The position numbers and the translations under genes were made by a program. From Dimargaris cristalligena (lineage: Eukaryota), in NCBI GenBank assembly GCA_003614675.1, contig ML002358.1, forward strand, positions 1 through 38,756: a stretch of DNA of 38,756 bases, written 5' to 3'. The first letter of the stretch is position 1. Each line of letters begins with the position of its first letter. Under the pieces are notes generated by a model, which was given only the letters and a program-made list of their open reading frames with translations, searched no databases and was not told the DNA's origin. Below are positions 35,600-38,756 of this stretch, one piece after another.

Positions 35600-38500
35600 G
35601 AAGGAAGTTCAGCTAGGCTGTATAGTGAAAGATCCATTGGAAATGTCAAATATCACTGATTAAAATGAGTCCTCCACCTATTTTCCCATATATAAATCAT
35701 TTAAATCTTTATAACTTTGACAGCTAGAGGGACAACATACAGTTATGAAAGAAAAAGGTAAATTGGTGATAAGGATAACTGCCCTTAATCCATAAAGTAT
35801 TTATGTGGGTAAGTATCTATGTAATACAGCACTGGGAATACTCATGACCAGTGATTGCATACCTTATAGGTACAGGGACAGCACAAATGGGCATACAACT
35901 AATAGTAACAGGTATACCATAATTATCAAGACATGAGCTTATAAGAATGTAGTGGATAAATTGAATGGAAAATAGTTTAAGAATTAAACAGTCTGGAACC
36001 TGGACAAGATCTTAGCACACTCAAAAAGCACAGTGGGTTTATCCAAGAGGGATATCAAGAGTCACTACAGGATTAATAAGGGGATCAGTCAGAGTCTGAT
36101 GCAACCTTGAAGACTTTGACCAAAAATAGGAGAGCCTTCAGATCAATACTGAAGTGTAACAAAATGACTACAATAGTAGCCAGTAAGGTTATGGGAATAA
36201 GAAAAGGTAAAATAGTATTAAATGTGCTACTGTGGGCAGCTGAGCAGAGGCTGCATAAGCACCAGCACTAGTTACTAATCCAAGAAGTAGTCATACTTTG
36301 GACAGACTTAAGGTCCCTGGACAATTAACAAGTTATTTCCATGGGAATAGTCTGGGGCTGAAAGTGTTATTACATTTCTTTATGCTAATTGATTCTCCTT
36401 TCCTTCAGCTTTCCAACTTATACTTCCATTTGCTTTTCCATTTATTATTGACAAAGTTATAGTCTGCCGAAATCAATTGTGATTTTAACCCATGATGATT
36501 GACTACTTCATATTGCTAGTTTTATTATTTGATGATCTATTTATGAGGGAGGCTTGGGAATAACCAGTCTCCAGTAGATTCCTTCTTAAAATTACACCAT
36601 ACAACTACATAGCATATATTCCTTTTATTAGTTCTATCAATATCCAACATGAAGGAGGACTGGGAAGACTGTGGCTCCTAACCTTCCAATTTCTATGATT
36701 TACTTCCATTTAACCTATTCATGACTATAGTTTAGCCAGTAGGTTAATTTTTTCCCTACTGCAGACTTTTTATGACCTATAATTATTGCAGTTTTATTCT
36801 TAGCTATAGTTATTTAGTCTGGTCAATTTTATATATATACCTTAGTACCATCCCTTTAGTTGAAGGGGCAAGTTAGTTTTGAGATAAAGTAATAAATATA
36901 TGTTATAACTTCACCAGATAATACTAACAATTACCCTTTTACCCAGTTTCATTATTGATTATTTTATTACCACTATTTCTATTTGTTTTTATTACTTTTA
37001 TAACTCCTAGTTCAAAGTTTTGGTATCTCTAAGTACCAAATCAATTATACTACTTGAATATAATGTTTTTTTACATAATATTTTTATTATATATTTATTT
37101 TTCTTATTAACTAATAATGTGAGATAATGATGTACAATATAATGGGTGACCAGGAACTCAGCAGTGACTTCCCCAAGGCCACCTCAGTCTCAACCCCCTT
37201 GAACCCAGCAAAGTCCAACCCTCTGCACTATATGATAAAATATGGTGACCTATCTAGTGTAAAGAAACCAGAGGTTCCCCCTCCTGCTGACACTCCCAAA
37301 GACAAACCAGTGGAGCCCCTTAAATTGTTAGCAACACATTAAACACAGGTTAGTCACACAGAAAGGCCTCAGCATACTTAAGTCAGATTAGCTAGCACAA
37401 AATATCTATAAACTTAAATTCTACAATCTTTAGGTGTCACTGCCAGATACCTATCAGTATATACCTTATCCCAATATCCTAACATAGCTTTAGACCAGAG
37501 GCAAATACAGCAGTATAATGTTGTGGCAATATCAGTTGCCCAGGGCTATTATCAGACTGGTTAGGCAATTGTCAGTTAACTATAGAATGAACTGAAAATT
37601 ATTCATTTAGACTTAATATAGATTGTGACCCTACAAATATTTATCATGCTGATCTGGCAACTCATTTTCTGGCCTATTGTCAACTGCTTTCATTACAGCC
37701 ACCAGATAAACAATTGCAGCTAATCTTGTCTACCTGTGTGGCTTTAGAGGCATTACCCAGGACAATCCAGAAAAACTGCCTATGTTGTTTTCCCATAGTC
37801 TTTTTCAACCTACTTGTTACCACCCGCAATGAAGAGGCTGGCCAGGATGAGGCACATTGGGGTTTTGAGCTGGCCATGCACTAATATATCCACCCACCTA
37901 GATCCACCAACCTAATAACAACCTCAACTGCTCACCAGGGTTATAGTTGACTTAGCCAGTAGCAGTTCATGAGGTAGGAATTGGTAATGACAGTTTACCC
38001 CACTCCTCCTCCAACCTATTGTAATCCCAAACCAGATAATCAGACTCTAGCAACCATCTGTAGGTTGCAGTATCACCCCCCCAGCCAGATGCCAATGACC
38101 AGCCTTCCATCTGGGGAGGTTGGTGTACTTGGACAATGGTATGGTGGAATGGATGTTACTTATTTATGTGCTCACAGATTAGGCACCCTTTGCCTTATTG
38201 TTAAGTAATAGTACTATCAAAATGGCACATCTGTCTTGCAAACAGTGGACTAATAAGAATGCATTTGGTTTATTTACAGTAATTTAGAGGAAACTGACCC
38301 AATAGTCAACCCAGCCAAATTACTAAATTTGAAAATACATATAGTAGGAATATGCCAAGTAGAAGGTACTAATATAGCCCATATGTGGTAAACTTACCAC
38401 ATTTTTACCTAATTTTATTTTTTATCTATTATTTGCACTTATCGGAAGTATGCCCCTGTTGAGTGAATGATCCCCTGCCCCTGCCCCTAATGAGTATGGT

Positions 38501-38756
38501 AATTTTTCCTCCATTTTCATTAGTATAGTATTTTTTCTATTAGTATATTATATACCCTTGACTATGATACACCCCTGCCCCTGACCAGACTGTACCCCTG
38601 CATTCATACTGCCCCTGGCCCAACTTCACCCCTATTTAAAGTACAGTTAAAAATAGCTTTCTCTTTTTCCCTTTTTCCCTTTTTCCCTTCTATTGTTTCA
38701 CATTGAATTTATTGGTTACCCAAGTATTACCTATTCTTTTATAATAACTAATATCA
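35600..38756. other. CpG-depleted, AT-rich block, probably a degenerate repeat or transposon relic
   Basis: I count by eye only 3 CpG in ~3.15 kb (near 36468, 37825, 38443), while the rest of the window typically has several per 60-nt line. No intact gene and no recognisable TE domain. Confidence 0.7.
37127..37884 (+). pseudogene. Decayed reading frame of unknown origin within the CpG-depleted block
   Basis: This segment is richer in GC than its flanks. A protein-like frame (MGDQELSSDFPKA...PEVPPPADTPKDKPVEPLKLL) continues through several TAA/TAG stops. A second open stretch in another frame reads DLATHFLAYCQLLSLQPP...EAHWGFELAMH. Confidence 0.35.

Noticed and set aside
1..38756. CRISPR arrays, operons or other prokaryotic systems
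   Set aside because: No repeat-spacer array is present; the DNA is eukaryotic, and the neighbouring genes have unrelated functions with no sign of a functional cluster.

Overview
Eukaryotic genomic DNA with GT-AG introns of 149-356 nt, most likely from an early-diverging fungus (Zoopagomycota/Mucoromycota-like; inferred from gene content, not proven). Ten protein-coding loci and one tRNA are supported, in order: the 3' end of a bacterial-type Fe-S L-serine dehydratase; an unknown 672-codon frame broken by a single in-frame TAG; a PRKX-like PKA catalytic subunit with a long disordered N-terminus; tRNA-Glu(CTC); a 3-exon FYV4/mS41 gene that the ORF track largely misses; PEX5 with a Pex7-binding motif; 8-exon eIF2D; an unknown type I membrane protein; a 5-exon single-HKD PLD6/Zucchini/Nuc-like enzyme; a CxxS DsbA-like thioredoxin-fold protein; and a probably GPI-anchored trypsin. 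The last ~3.2 kb is almost free of CpG and holds a decayed reading frame, suggesting a methylated or hypermutated repeat. No clearly new multi-gene system is demonstrable. The best leads are the single-TAG-interrupted gene, the CpG-depleted block and the fungal PLD6-like enzyme. All exon boundaries were derived by eye and checked for frame continuity; family assignments rest on motifs recognised from memory, not database searches.
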